Below, in pieces: positions 49,924-63,597 of a stretch of DNA of 64,000 nucleotides; the first letter of the stretch is position 1, and each line of letters opens with the position of its first letter. The stretch is from Podarcis tiliguerta. Its lineage: Eukaryota. The position numbers and the translations under genes were made by a program. The notes beneath the pieces are model-generated. The model ran no database searches. It saw nothing but the letters and a program-made list of their open reading frames with translations, and had not been told where the DNA came from. The DNA is taken from the NCBI GenBank assembly GCA_965153285.1, contig OZ229115.1; one strand, written 5' to 3'.

Positions 49924-50275
49924 TGTAAAGGTAAAGGTAAAGGGACCCCTGGCCATTAGGTCCAGTCATGGCCGACTCTGGGGTTGCAGCGCTCATCTTG
50001 CTTTATTGGCCGAGGGAGCCAGAGTACAGCTTCCAGGTCATGTGGCCAGCATGACTAAGCCACTTCTGGCAAATCACAGCAGCACACAGAAACACTGTTT
50101 ACCTTCCGCTGGAGCGGTACCTATTTATCTACTTGCACTTTGATGTGCTTTCGAACAGCTAGGTTGGCAGGAGCAGGGACCGAGCAACAGGAGCTCATCC
50201 CGTCGCGGGGATTCGAACCGCTGACCTTCTGATTGGCAAGTCCTAGGCTCTGTGGTTTAACCCGCAGCGCCATCC
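49924..50275 (-). mobile_element. Near full-length Sauria SINE with 11-bp TSD
   Basis: tRNA head (ggcgctgcgggttaaacc...ggttcgaatcc), conserved body, (TTTACC)n tail; TSD gcaagtgctta at 49913-49923 and 50276-50286. Confidence 0.95.
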
Positions 50276-52053
50276 GCAAGTGCTTAACATTGTGCTAATA
50301 TACAGAAATTGTATTTGGGGGTCCTTCAAGGGGAGATGCTTTTCAGTAATATTAGTAGCTCAAGCGCTCTCTGTAAGGAATAGACCTAAATGTTATACTC
50401 CAATTTGACTGGATGGACTCATAAATACCAGACTGTTCCTTCTGGTAACAGGAAACAGTTTCACCCAGTGCTGAAGCCTAGGAAGGCAAGTAGCTGCATG
50501 ATTCCTTTCTCCCTGGCCTCCATTTTCATCTCTCCCTTCCTCTTCAGCCATCATCCCATCACCTTCTCCAAGCCACTCTTGTAGTTTGAAAGGGAAGCTC
50601 TGATCAGTTGTCTGGTAGGTCAGATCTTTTCAGTGTGGCAGCACGGAACTCTTTCCAGTCACGTTTCTTTTTTAGACGGGTTTCAGCAATACAAAGAAAG
50701 AGAGCGATTTGAGCATCCAAAAGAGGCTTGTCACTTTGATCCTTTGTTCAGAAGTAAACACAACTTATTGCAACTAAATTTATTTCCAAGGAAAGGTGGT
50801 TAGGCTTGCAGCATGAGGCTTGACCTATATTAGACTGTAAAGCCAGTCAATGAGGCCAGATGTAAGACACAAAGGGTTGCCAGATGCACAACAGGGCTCC
50901 AATGTGCTTTGATAGTTGCATAGGAGGGGAAATTTCACAGGTGGCAACTTATTGCAATTCTGCATTACACGTTAGGACAAGCTACACATGTGCAGCTCTT
51001 AAAGGTCCAGAATCATGGCCGGCTCCACCATTTGGCAGAGTCAGCCGCTTCAGGTGGCAGATACTAGGAGGTGGGCAGTGGGGGTGGGGTTTGTAGAGCA
51101 GAACTGTGTGTGACTTATGGTCTGCCATGCACTCCTTAAGCTAGTCTGCCGTCCTCAGGTGTGGTGGCAGATTCTGCCCTACTGCTAGTGGTCCTTCCCA
51201 AACAGGGATTTGCATGTTAGAATATGTTTTCATATTCAGAAAAAAAAGTTGGCAACCTTCATTATGAAAATAAGTGACACGTGTGACAAAGCTGAAAATG
51301 TTTATTGTGCAACGTGTACTAGGCATGGACTGCAAAGAACATGCGGAGGTTTGCAGATGGGGAAAATGGCTTGAAAAGAGGATTCTAACAGGAAGAAATC
51401 AAGAGAAAAGAATGCGGGAGAAATGACACTGTAGAGATGCAAAGGGAAGAAAAAGGGCTGTAATGGAGAGATGAGCAAGGAACATAAAATGGTGCAATTA
51501 GGGAGGAAAGCCAAACAAGAAATAATGAGAAGATGGGGGAGGGAAACATGGATGATTTGGGGGGGGGGGGGGTCAGGGGACAGAAATGGGACCCAGAAAC
51601 TCAGTAGACTAAGGACACTGTGAGACATCAGATACCAAAGCCACATACCCCCCAAAGTCAGTGCTTTATGGGGGTAATCACTATCAATAATGCATGCCTG
51701 CAATGTGGCACTTGACGGCAATTAAGAAAGCATTATGCTCCCCCAGCGAAATCTAAATTATTCCTCACAGCCTCACTGCTCACCACATTCTATCAGAGTG
51801 CGTCTTCTTGCGTGCACATCAGCTGAGCGCAGGGAGCCAGAGAGAGAGAGAGAGAGAGACTTAATGTAGGGAATCATGAATGTTTGATGTCACAGAAGGG
51901 ATGGGGAGACTTGTGTTTGTGAATGTGACTGCACAGGAAGGATGGCGACATAATTATGGAAATGCAGGCAGCTCCTTGGGGGATTTAAAGATGTACAGCA
52001 GGCCAAAGTGACCCTTGCCCATCCTGTATGGTGCGGTCTTGCAAAATATCAAG

Positions 52054-52277
52054 GAAGAAGAGTTTGGATTTGATATCCCGCTTTATCACCACCCTAAGGA
52101 GTCTCAAAGTGGCTAACATTCTCCTTTCCCTTCCTCCCCCACAACAAGCACTCTGTGGGGTGAGTGGGGCTGAGAGACTTCAGAGAAGTGTGACTAGCCC
52201 AAGGTCACCCAGCAGCTGCACGGGGAATCTAACCCAGTTCCCCAGATTACGAGTCTACTGCTCTTAACCACTACACC
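52054..52277 (-). mobile_element. Squamate CORE-type SINE with (TTC)n tail
   Basis: Closely matches 61440-61696; tRNA head gtgtagtggttaagagc. Confidence 0.85.
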
Positions 52278-54664
52278 TAAATTGGGCAGGTTTTTAGTCT
52301 TTCTCTGACCCTTAGGATATATGGAAATACAGGCTACAATCTTCTGTGCACTTACCTAGGAGCAAGCACCATTAAATTCAATGAGGCTTGCTTCTGAGTA
52401 GACACATATAGGATTGAACTATTAGAATCAGGCACCCCCTTCAACTGAGTGTTCAAAGAGCCCGCTGGTTCCACCACATTCTGTGATAGATTCCTAGATC
52501 TCTTGAGCACACCAAGCTCACCAAGCTAAGAGGCCTGGGTTGGGGAACCTGTGGGCTTTCAAATGCTGTTGGACTACAACTTCCATCATCCCTGACCACG
52601 CTGGCTGGGGCTGATAGACGTGGGGGACCAATATCCCTGCAATAGGCTAAAGGCTTGGAACAGACTTTGTCTTCCTCACCTTAAGCTGCAATTGGGTGAT
52701 TTATGTCCCACAGAGCAAACCCTCACCCTGTACAAATCAATTAATGCTATCACTGTGTGCAGGTAAGGCCTGTGATGTGAATGAGGTAATGGTCATAGAG
52801 TTTTTGGCTTCTCAGTCTGTCTCACAAGTAAGATTGATTCATTATTAATTTCCTCTGCAGTTCTCCACAACAGGGATCCGCCAAGAATAGCACCCACACT
52901 GAAAACAAAGAGAACACTCCTGGCTAGATTTGCAATGGGCAGAGCAGACTCATTTTTCAGAAATTACTGCTTTGTTTATCAGCTGTTCTTTAGCCTATAG
53001 GTGATTTATGAGAGAGATTTTTTTTATAGGCTGGAGTGTCTTTAGAAAATGGCAAGGGGGTTTGCCTCCTTGCTAAAGCAACAGGGTCAGGTCACACAGA
53101 GAATAAGCAATTAGAGGGAAAATATATTTGTGCATGTGTGGGCGGCTTAATTTCAGTTACACTTAGCATTTTGTCCTTTGTAGTCACAAGAACTGAATTA
53201 GGGAAAAGAGGAAATGACTTCCTAAAATTACCCAGCAGGTTAATAACACAAGACCTAAGTAGTCAGATCATGCCAAGGTGGTGGTAGTGGGGAACATTCT
53301 CAAAACCTACCTCTTTAAACCCCAGGTTCATTAACTAATAATACATGCCTCCTCACATTTCTGTTCTCGCAGATTAAAATTACCACACTATATTTTAGGG
53401 CATATTCACAAAACCACTTAACATGGCAGCATGCCATCAAAGCAACAGGGAAAGGGTTATTGTGTCCAAGCCTTGCTTGTGAGCTCCCAAAAGGCATCTG
53501 ATTGGCCCCTGGGGGAAGAAGGATGCTCAACCAGATAGACCCTTGGTCTCTTCTTAGGATATTAACCCTTCATACCTGTGAACCATGGATTGCACACATA
53601 ACCATGGCATTTAAAGGATTGGATCTCTTTACACTTGACTAGAACCTTTTCGTCTGCAGGTCCAGTGGGAATCCAAATGATGCCTGCAAATGAATGTCTA
53701 AGGGGTCACTGTAACTGTCCCACCCATTAGTCAAAGTTGGAGGTGGGGGAATTAGGAATCTGGGCCACCGGTTTACAGTAGAGGCCATAAATTTTTGTAG
53801 GAACAGCTATATTCTCTGTCACTTGTCATATTCAGCTTACTGACAGTCGGAAGCCCCACATCAAAAATTTTGGCACTTAAGTCTGGTCAATTTATCTAAT
53901 TTGTAATGTATCCTGTCCTTCCTTGAAAGAGCTCTAAACAGTATACTTGATGTTATTTCATTTCATCCTGACTACAGTCCTGAACTCAGGATTGCCCTGA
54001 ACCCAGCTCCCTAGTCTAACACTGTGCCCCTTGCTACAAGAGTTATTGGGGTGAACTTGCTCCAAGTGTTATCCATCTCAGTGGATAACAACATGTGTTT
54101 GTGTGTGTGTGTTTTCTCTTAGAAAAGGACAAAGGAGTGTACCTTTCCTTTGTGAACAAAATATTATGCTATCTGTCCAGGGATATGTCATGAAAGCTGA
54201 TATCCTCCGCTTCATTCTCAGCTTGCTTGCCTAGGGTGTCAGTCTGTTGGAGGCACTGAGCTGCCTGAAAGATGACCCAGGACAAGATGCTAGACAACAT
54301 ATTGGGTAAATTGGCAGAGGTCTTGATGCTGGCAGCTAGCATGCACACTTGCATACCCATTTTGCTAAATGCCCCTTGCAAAAAGATGGCATTGGCCACC
54401 TTCCCTGAGCTCTTCCTTAAGCCAGAGATCTCTGTGTGGTGGTGCAGCATACACTCATTTGCATTCACAACACGTGGCAAATGCAAGCACAGGAGTCTAC
54501 AAGTGGAACCATTAGTGTACATGTATGCACCTTACTGTACTATGACTGCTCACAATGTACTAGTAAAATCAAAAGCAACAATGGGAATAATGTTTTCTGG
54601 GCAGGTGCTTCAGTTTTGACAGGTTTGCAATGAATAAACTTCTGGCCAGTTCCAGTTACCTGGA

Positions 54665-54902
54665 ATAACAACAACAACAACAACAACAACAACAACTTAT
54701 TATTTATAACCCGCCCATCTGGCTGGGTTTCCCTAGCCACTCTAGGCCACTTCCAGCAAAATATTAAAATACAATAATTCATCAAATGTTAAAAGTTTCC
54801 CAAAACAGGGCTGCCTTCAGATGTCTTCTAAAAGTCAGGTAGTTGTTTATTTCTTTGACATCTGGTGGGAGGGCATTCCACAGGGAGGGCGCTACTACCG
54901 AA
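54665..54902 (-). mobile_element. L2-type LINE 3' end
   Basis: FSVVAPSLWNALP...FRRHLKAALF C-terminus, (GTT/TAA)n tail. Confidence 0.8.
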
Positions 54903-55221
54903 AAGGAGAAAGGCGACTCTTTAAAGTAACACCTGGGTAGTGTAGGGGTTGTCCGCACACTGGAGTTTAATCTGGATTTGAAGCTGCTTGTTTTTCTATT
55001 CCTTTTTCTCATTTTTAGCAGCATCCATATGACATCCTCCTTGTCTCAGTGGCAGCCCACACTTCTCCCTGCTAAATTCTGGAGCCAGCACTGCACTTGC
55101 AAGACCTGAGCATAACAGCACTCTCCTCACTTGTGATTCCCAGCAACTGGCATTCAGAGACATACTGCCTCTGACCTAGTTGTTGTGGCTGGTAGCCTTT
55201 CACAGCATCCTCCTCCACGAA

Positions 55222-55605
55222 TCCTCCCAGTACATTTCCAAGCACAATTCAAAGTGTTGGTGCTGACCTTTAAAGCCTTAAATGGCCTCGGTATACCTCA
55301 AGGAGTGTCTCCACCACCATTGTTCAGCCCGGACACTGAGGTCCAGCTCCAAGGGCCTTCTGGTGGTTTCTTCATTACGAGAAGCAAAGTTACAAGGATC
55401 CAGGCAGTGGGCCTTCTCAGTAGTGGCGTCCACCCTGTGGAACACCCTCCCATCAGATGTCAAAGAAATAAACAACTATCTGACATTTAGAAGACATCTG
55501 AAGGCTTTTTAGGGAAGTTTTTAATGACTGATGTTTTAATGTATTTTTGATATTTTGTTGGACGCTGCCAAGAGTGGCTGGGGAAACCCAGCCAAATGGG
55601 CAGGG

Positions 55606-55636
<31 letters not shown>

Positions 55637-55640
55637 AATA
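55222..55640 (+). mobile_element. L2-type LINE 3' end (frameshifted)
   Basis: LPVHFQAQFKVLVLTFKALNG / YLKECL...RTLRSS...AFSVVASTLWNTLP; (ATT)n tail. Confidence 0.85.
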
Positions 55641-56930
55641 AAAGCCATCAAAAAATTGGCGCCCATCATTTCTTTTTGTGGGAACAAATCAGCCACACAC
55701 AGATGCTTCATGTAAGAGAGGAGAGTTGTGCTCACAGTGGATCTCTACCTGCCGGGTTGGAGGGGGAGGAGTGTACGGCAAGGATTGAGTTTCATTTGAA
55801 CAGCATTTTGGACACAGAAAGTATTCTGCCTCCTCGCTGCCAGCGAGTGCTACACTGGACCCAGCCTTCTGACCCAATTAACTCTTATTTCAGGGTGGCA
55901 AATGACAAACCATCCATTGTGTCCTCTGAAAAGAAAGCGGCAAATTTGGAGGAGGCTGCGTATTCTGTATTGGCACACGCAATAGTGTTTATTATATCAC
56001 ACTCCAGGAGAAGAACAACACAGCTATTTACACTGTGTGCCACAGTATGCGTTAAAGCCAGCACAGAGAGCAAATAGCAGCTGCTAACCCCTGCTATTAC
56101 AGCGTAAACACACAGCACCGCTATTAAAGCAACGGCAAATAGAACAAGGACTCCAAATCAAGCTTCTCTCCCCCCCCTCCCTCTTGTCCCTGCACTGCTC
56201 CAGCCTGGTAATGTTTTCATTGTTGGCTGTCCTCTTGGAAAGCGCGCGCGGGGGGGAGCCACCTTCACTAGCTAGCAGATTGCTGCAGCCACACCTGCTG
56301 AGAGGGAGACATGCTACAGGCTGCTGGTTTTGCTGCAGCCCAGCTAACATTGCCTTGTGCATGCAGCTGCTGTTTGGAGGATGATGAGCGAAGAGGGTTT
56401 GCATCTAGTTCTGTTGTAGTGGAGGGCCATACATACTCTCAGCAAGGAAGGAAAAATAGAGCAGAAGACAGCTGCACCTTTCTTAGCCACTTTGCACCCA
56501 TGCTGCATGCATGCAGATCAGATGTGGAGAGGGAGAGAGAGAGAGGGACCCAAATGTTTTCAATGACACTTGCCTGTCAGTTCCTGGAATGTGAGGAGGG
56601 CATCTCCTGTTGGTCATAGTGTCCTCTCCCTGTTGGCAAGCACAGATGGACTCAGAAAGAGGAGCTGTCAGAAAGGAGAGCTACCTGCCTTGCAGTACAG
56701 ACAGCCAGAACCTAACAGAAGAATGTCATGTGCTTTTTTTTGCACAAGGAGAGGAATCCAGGCACCCCAATAGCAGAATCTGAATGATGAAACTCTCTGT
56801 GTCAGCACCCAGGCTTTCTCCACAGAAGCAGGGAGTAAACACATGACGCTTGCTTTCACCCCCCAAAATGCTACAAACCCCAATGAGGGTAGATATTTGC
56901 CAAAACATGCCTTGGGAAACATGTTGGTGT

Positions 56931-57195
56931 NNNNNNNNNNNNNNNNNNNNNNNNNNNNNNNNNNNNNNNNNNNNNNNNNNNNNNNNNNNNNNNNNNNNNN
57001 NNNNNNNNNNNNNNNNNNNNNNNNNNNNNNNNNNNNNNNNNNNNNNNNNNNNNNNNNNNNNNNNNNNNNNNNNNNNNNNNNNNNNNNNNNNNNNNNNNNN
57101 NNNNNNNNNNNNNNNNNNNNNNNNNNNNNNNNNNNNNNNNNNNNNNNNNNNNNNNNNNNNNNNNNNNNNNNNNNNNNNNNNNNNNNNNNNNNNNN
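56931..57195. other. Assembly gap
   Basis: Run of N. Confidence 1.
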
Positions 57196-57743
57196 CTTTT
57201 CTCCTGAAGGAATGAACTTTTGACACCTGTCCAATACACTATTGCCCTGACCTCCATGGAGTCCTGCTCTAACAAATTTGTGAGGCACTTTAGGGACACA
57301 ATAGCTCTGATTTGGACAGAGCTAGATGCCCAGTTAGAATAATTCCAATGGAGGCATCCAGAGCACTGCTCGTTCCCTCTGTACTGGCTTAATTTTGATT
57401 ATTGTGGCCCAAGGATATGGACAAGCTCTGTCTCACTGTATTATCTGATTCACAGACCCTCCAAGTGTCCCTATTTTTCAGGGATGTCCCTGATTTAGAG
57501 AAGGTGTCCCGGTTTCTGAATTGAATCCAGAATGTCCTGCTTTTCCTTAGGATGTTGCTATTTTCATTGGAGAAATGTTGGAGGGTATGGAGTTATCCAA
57601 CCTCTGAGCCGTCTGAAGGCAATCCTGTATAGGGAAGGTGTTTTTTTTTTAAAAAAATGCTTAATGTTTTATTATGTTTTTATATATGTTGGAAGCTGCC
57701 CAGAGTGCTGGGGCAACCCAATAAGATGTGTGGGGTATAAATA

Positions 57744-57985
57744 CAGTGGTACCTCAGGTTACATATTCTTCAGGTTACATACGCTTCAGGTTACAGACTC
57801 CGCTAACCCAGAAATAGTACCTCAGGTTAAGAACTTTGCTTCAGGATAAGAACAGAAACCGTGCTCCGGCGGCGCGGCAGCAGCAGGAGGCCCCATTAGC
57901 TAAAGTGGTGCTTCAGGTTAAGAACAGTTTCAGGTTAAGAACGGACCTCCGGGATGAATTAAATACTTTACCCGAGGTACCACAG
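57744..57985. mobile_element. Tc1/mariner (Tigger-like) MITE nested in a composite repeat
   Basis: TIR cagtggtacctc / gaggtaccacag, TA flanks. Confidence 0.9.
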
Positions 57986-60058
57986 TAGTAAAATGATCCT
58001 TATGGAATGGGATATCCCTATTTTCATTGGAGAAATGTTGGAGGGTATGGAATCAAGAGAGGCAGCTGAAGTGTTAGAATGTTGCTTGGATGTGGTGATG
58101 GGTTGAATATGGGCCAATAAACTGAAGGTGAATCTTGAAAAGACAGTGGAAGCTCTGCTATGTTATAGACACTCTCTGTTTGTGTGGGAGGGGGGTTATT
58201 GGTTTGCTTTGGTTTCTGTTTTATTATGAATTTCATGTTCTCATTTTATTTTTATATTGTGAACCACCTTGTGATCTTTAGATGGAGAGCATTATTATTA
58301 TATAAATAATAATAACAATAACTGAGAAATGAAGTATGTGTTGGAAAGAGGGTAGAGTTCAGCAGTTTGTGGGATGAAGTGAGATTGCTTTACAGGCTGT
58401 GTATGTGGAATCTCAATGTTGCATAAGATTATTGTTATCTTGAGGAGAATATGGTGGCAGCCAGCAATTACCCTTCTTGTGCCCAGATAATGCCTGGAAA
58501 TCCTGGACCTTAAAGTGGTTACGTCTGACTTTTCCATAAAATAGCACTTAACTCAGCTATTTATGCTGAGACAGCACTGTGTGGGAACTGTGACCTTCTA
58601 GATAAGCTTCCACCGAGGTCCCACATGACACATGCTGTACGGAACATCCACTAGTCTTAAAAAGTATTTATGTTGGCCACCTGCCAAGAATGAAATAGTC
58701 TTTCGCTTTTGCATGTATTGCTTAAATACCAACTGTGATTTATTCAATCCCAAGAGCATATAAGCTCCAAGAACATCTCCATTAGTGGGAATTGTGATGC
58801 AGTCTAGATCACAGAAAGTGCTCTGTACTAGCCACCCTGTTGATTGAGGGGTTCTCTGACATTAGCAGATTATGACAATGCTGTGTAGCTTTCTTTGGGC
58901 TATTTGTGTATTCTTAGTGTTCTCTGTCTGTTAGTGCAAGGGCTCTTGCACTAGAAGAAAAGAGAGTTTGAATGTTGAATAACAGAAGAATCCAATGCAA
59001 CAGTTAAGTCATTGTGCACTAGTAAGTCATTGTGCAATAGATTGTGCAATCTATTGTGTGGCAAAATTATTGGTTATCTCCTTATGCATTCTCTTGCATT
59101 TTGCTGGTACAAAGGATTATGCCAGTGGAAGAAGAATACCGCTAAATGACTTTATGCTGGATACAACCTAATTTTTGGCCTAGCAGTTGCAAAGAAGAAG
59201 CATGGAGAATGGGAAATGTAGCTTTTGTATGCTTCCTGTTCCTTTGCATGATAGCATAATGCCCAAAACCTCTCATGTGCCCAATCTTATACTTTGAAAT
59301 AAGTCCCATTGTGTTCAGTGGAACGCACAGGCAAATGTGCACAGGATTTCTGCCTAGATTCAGTATGATAGTGCAAAAGCAACACACTATCAAGGCTGAT
59401 TGTGTAAGTACACACACACACACAAACACAATAATAAAACTTGAATTAAAAAAACAACAACAAAAGTTTCATAAACCTGAAATAAATCAGGGTGGATCAC
59501 GTTCACTGCATTACTGAATGCTTGTCTTCTTAGCCCATGGTGAGAAGAGTTACTGTATTCTGTCACTTGTTATTTAAGTGCACTGCTTGGAATTCACTAC
59601 AGGTATTAAAACCCCTTTTTTGTCCTGCTTCTTTAAAAATTAAAGCATGAGTAAGAAAGAGGCGACTCATGACAGAGTGTGATGAACCTGCTGGAGTCTG
59701 CAAAGCACTGAAGAAAGAAATAGTCTTGCCTACGATGCTGATTAGGGTTGGGGTTTTATTACTATAATTTTTTGGCTGTGTTCTGGCAGCAGGCCTATGG
59801 AAACTGGAGGATAATGTGACAAAGCACAGTGAAGCTCCAAGTGAAGAATGTGCTGGCTGTGGACATGGCTTCTCATAATTTTCTGGGATGGGTGCTGAGG
59901 TGCCTTCAGAATGGACTGGCTCCAGGTTGCTGTCAGAGACACTGAGACGTGGTGCCTAGATATGGGTGAGTAGGCACTGGTAGAAATGGGGACCCCGATC
60001 CAGAGGAGCCTGTAATAGCCAGAAGGTGATTCATAGGCTATAAAATGTTCTCTCTCTC

Positions 60059-60811
60059 TGTAGTGAGCATTGGTCATGGGCCCACTGGCGCACAAAAGTG
60101 GGACGGGGGAGCGATCTGCCCCAGGTGCCATCCAGGGGGGTGGGTTTGTGACTGTTGGCATGCAGCCAAGGAAATGGGGGCAATTGCCAGGCCCCCAGCT
60201 GGCTCCAGCCCACCGGCTGGTGTGCTGGGTGAACTCCAGTCGTTGGTGCAGCATGAATCTGTGGACCAGGCTTCAGAAGACTGAGCACGCTACTCAGCAG
60301 AGTAAACGCTGCACAACAGAAGTGGCACAAGAGGCTGTGTGAGCATATTTACAAGCAAGTTTTATTCAGCGTACATCAGGACAAAAGGAAACATGTCTGA
60401 TCTCCTTCATGTCCAAAGCAAAAACAGCAAAAGCAAAAGCTATACACAAACGGAAGTTCCCAGCATACTGTGCTGGAGTGTAAACAGACATGTGACATGC
60501 AACAATTCCTCATGCCTGTTCCTTAAGGTGGAATGGAACCTCCCAACAGTGACATCGCTGCCGCCCCCACCCCCAGGACGTTTGGTGTGCATCCCCAGGA
60601 AGCTTGGTGCTTGCCACGCACCCCTGGGACGCTCGCCGCTTGCCACACACACCCCGGGACGTGCACTGCGTGCCACGTACCCCCCAATGCTCACCCGCCC
60701 CCGCCCCGCAGGTGGCGTGCCACATCCCCTGGGATGCGCACCAGCCACACCCCCAGATGTACACCGCTCCCGGTGCCAGAGCAGGTAGCTTCGCCACTGT
60801 ATGGGCCCACA
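60059..60811 (-). mobile_element. Possible solo LTR / GC-rich young repeat
   Basis: Begins TGTAG, CpG-rich, minus-strand AATAAA near 60361; right terminus and TSD not convincing. Confidence 0.35.
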
Positions 60812-60964
60812 AGTCTCCTTTCTTTTCCAGATCTCACCGTTAGTTCTAGTTTTCCTTTGCATCTGCTGTTCTTACATACGACACTTCATTGCACCCCCAA
60901 GAAAGATCTTCCTGTCTGTGGTTCCTGCAGCATAAATGCAGGAAAGGGAAGCTGCCTATACTTG

Positions 60965-61408
60965 CATAAGAACCTCAGAAAATCCTGCTGGAACAGGCCA
61001 ACGGTCATCTGGTCCGGCATCCTGTTCTTCAAGTACCCTGTGGGAAACCTGCAAGCAGGACTCAAGCACAAGAGCAATTCCCCCAAAATGGCTTCCAGCA
61101 ACTGGTATTCAGAAGCATTACTGCCTCTGACTGTGAAGTAAGAAGATAGTCATCATGGTTAGCAGTCACTGATAGCCTTATCCTCCAGGAATTTGTCTAG
61201 TCCTCTTTTAAAGGTGTCCAAGATGGTGGGGGAGCAAGTTCCATAGTTTAACTGTGCTACATGAAAAAGTACTTTCTTTGATCTAACCTGAATCTTTCAA
61301 CATGCAGCTCCATTGGATGGCCATGAGTTCTGTTGTTACGAGAGATGGAGAAAAACTGTTCTCTATCCACTTTCTCTGTGCCATGCATAATTTTATAAAC
61401 TTCTGTCA
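60965..61408 (-). mobile_element. Older CR1 3' fragment
   Basis: EVYKIMHG.EKVDRE.FF...RT.GHP......FR...RKYFF ORF2 C-terminus plus 3'UTR. Confidence 0.8.
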
Positions 61409-61439
61409 TTGGACTACCAGGAAGGCCAGTCCTGGGGTG

Positions 61440-61696
61440 GAAGAAGAAGAAGAAGAAGAAGAGTTTGGATTTGATATCCCGCCTTTCACTCCCTTTAAGG
61501 AGTCTCAAAGCGGCTAACATTCTCCTTTCCCTTCCTCCCCCACAACAAACACTCTGTGAGGTGAGTGGGGCTGAGAGACCTCAAAGAAGTGTGACTGGCC
61601 CAAGGTCACCCAGCAGCTGCATGTGGAGGAGCGGAGACGCGAACCCGGTTCACCAGATTACGTGACTACCGCTCTTAACCACTACACCACACATTG
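61440..61696 (-). mobile_element. Squamate CORE-type SINE with (TTC)n tail
   Basis: tRNA head gtgtggtgtagtggttaagagcgg...gggttcgcg, CORE, (GAA)7 on plus. Confidence 0.88.
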
Positions 61697-63440
61697 GAGA
61701 AATCAACAAGGGCATGCCGTTTACACACTTGCCTCCTAACTCAATGAACTATCAATTCTGTTTTGCCGTGAGTTACTCTTCTGTTTTCTGTCCCAGGATT
61801 TCTTGGAACTTGAGTATCTTAAATTATGGGAAACAATGCAAAACCTGGATAGGCACCGTGTGCATTGCAGATGGTTTTAAAGACATTGAACACTTTCCTT
61901 CCTGAGAAGGAAGCAAAGTGTTAACAGCAATGGTAATCCGCCGAACTCATAATAACTGGTGTCCACTTAAACCATTGAGATGATAGAGAGTCTTAAATGT
62001 GCTACTCTTTATAAAGTAGACATAAAAAGATCCTTACGATGGCATATTGCCAACATCAATTCTCCTTCGCTCTGGCTTTTTATATTTGTGCATCCATTCC
62101 TGTCTTGCTCAGCCTCTCCATTTTTCAGAAGGTTCCTTAACCTTGATGGAATGACCTGTCCTCTCAATGCTGGAGAGTCCTCCTGTCTCAGGATTCTGTT
62201 ATGTCCACTGAAGCCTGTGGGTACTTGGAGAAGCAGTAATCATAGCCTGTCTCTAGATTGTGACAGATGCTGCCTTTGTGGAAGGTGATGACACCCCCCC
62301 TCCCTGCCTTCAGTAATGCTACAAGGTATGAAGGCATAATCTGGTGACCTGTGCAGCTGGAGGCTCTGTCTTGGTTGTGCTGCTGCCCCAAGGGAGCTGT
62401 CAGACAGAAGAGTCAGGTGGCTACATGTACTGGAAAAGCTGGAGTAGCAAGATTGGCCTCTAGCTTGATGCTCTTTGACTTTCTTCATTTAGCTGAAGGG
62501 GTTCAATCACATAGAAGGACTCTTTTGGCCAACCACTAATTAAAGTGATTGGACTCAGCTGTCACCGTTGCTGCAGCCATCACACTTGGGCCATGTGTCA
62601 CATCTGTGCACCACACACAGAGCTGTAGACACACATGGAGGTCCATGCTTGCCTTATTTTCCATGAGTTGCTTTGGAAGTTACTTTCCCCTCTTTGCCTC
62701 TTAAAGGCGGAAACAACTTCTCTCTGTGCCAACCATTTGTCCTTGTTTTGTAGTCTTTGAATAGACATCATGGACGCTATAGCATCAAGGTCCTTGGGTT
62801 TGGACTACTGTGAATTGTTGTATGCAGTGCTGCCCTGGGAAAAGGTTTTGGAAGCTGTAGTTTATTTATATATATCTTATTGAGATATTCAGTCTGACAT
62901 CCAGACCATTACAACTAGGAGGATAAATTTGATTCAGTACACAATTAAACTGAATCTTTCCAAAACAATATGTGAACCAATGTCTCCTTTTCAAAATTCA
63001 CACTTTCCTGAATTTTCCACTCAGAAATGTTTACAAAAATGCATACACTGGGGAAAGTGGGCATGAAAATGAAGATATTAGTGAAGCTAATGAACAAAAA
63101 TGCATTATATCAGCATAAATTCCTTGCAAACGTGTACATTAGTCAAAATTGAATATAAAAATGTGTTATTTAGGAGAAATCTGAACTAAAATGCTGATAA
63201 ATTTTCAGGAGACTTCTTTAAAAATAAAATTGCAAATTGGTGCAAGAGCTGAATTTAAGATTGGAAAAAGCAAGAAACTGAGAGAACCAAAATTGATAGG
63301 CCATTCCATCCCCATTTAAGACCTAACTGTAGGTCAGTTTCAGACTTTACAGACACATAGGGTCAGTCATTTTTCTTCCCTTCCCTACTTACAGATCCAA
63401 CTAGACCAAAGTGACATCTCACGCACACTGACAGAAACTT

Positions 63441-63597
63441 ATAGAACCACAGAACTGTAGAGTTGGAAGGGACCCTAAGGGACATCTAGCCCAACTCCCT
63501 GCAATGCAGGAATCTCAGCTAAAGCATCCATGACAGATAGCCATCCAACCTCTGCTTAAAAACCTCCAAGGAAGGAGAGTCCACAATTTCCCAAGGG
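63441..63597 (-). mobile_element. CR1 3' end fragment
   Basis: atagaaccacagaactgtagagttggaaggg...aacctctgcttaaaaacctccaaggaaggagagtccac matches the 36514 CR1 3' end. Confidence 0.8.

Noticed and set aside
54665-55640. Opposed L2 fragments as a single inversion event
   Set aside because: Copies are diverged from each other and separated by unrelated sequence; probably independent insertions
59005-59052. Short tandem repeats (aagtcattgtgca) as an array
   Set aside because: Only 2-3 degenerate units without unique spacers; ordinary slippage
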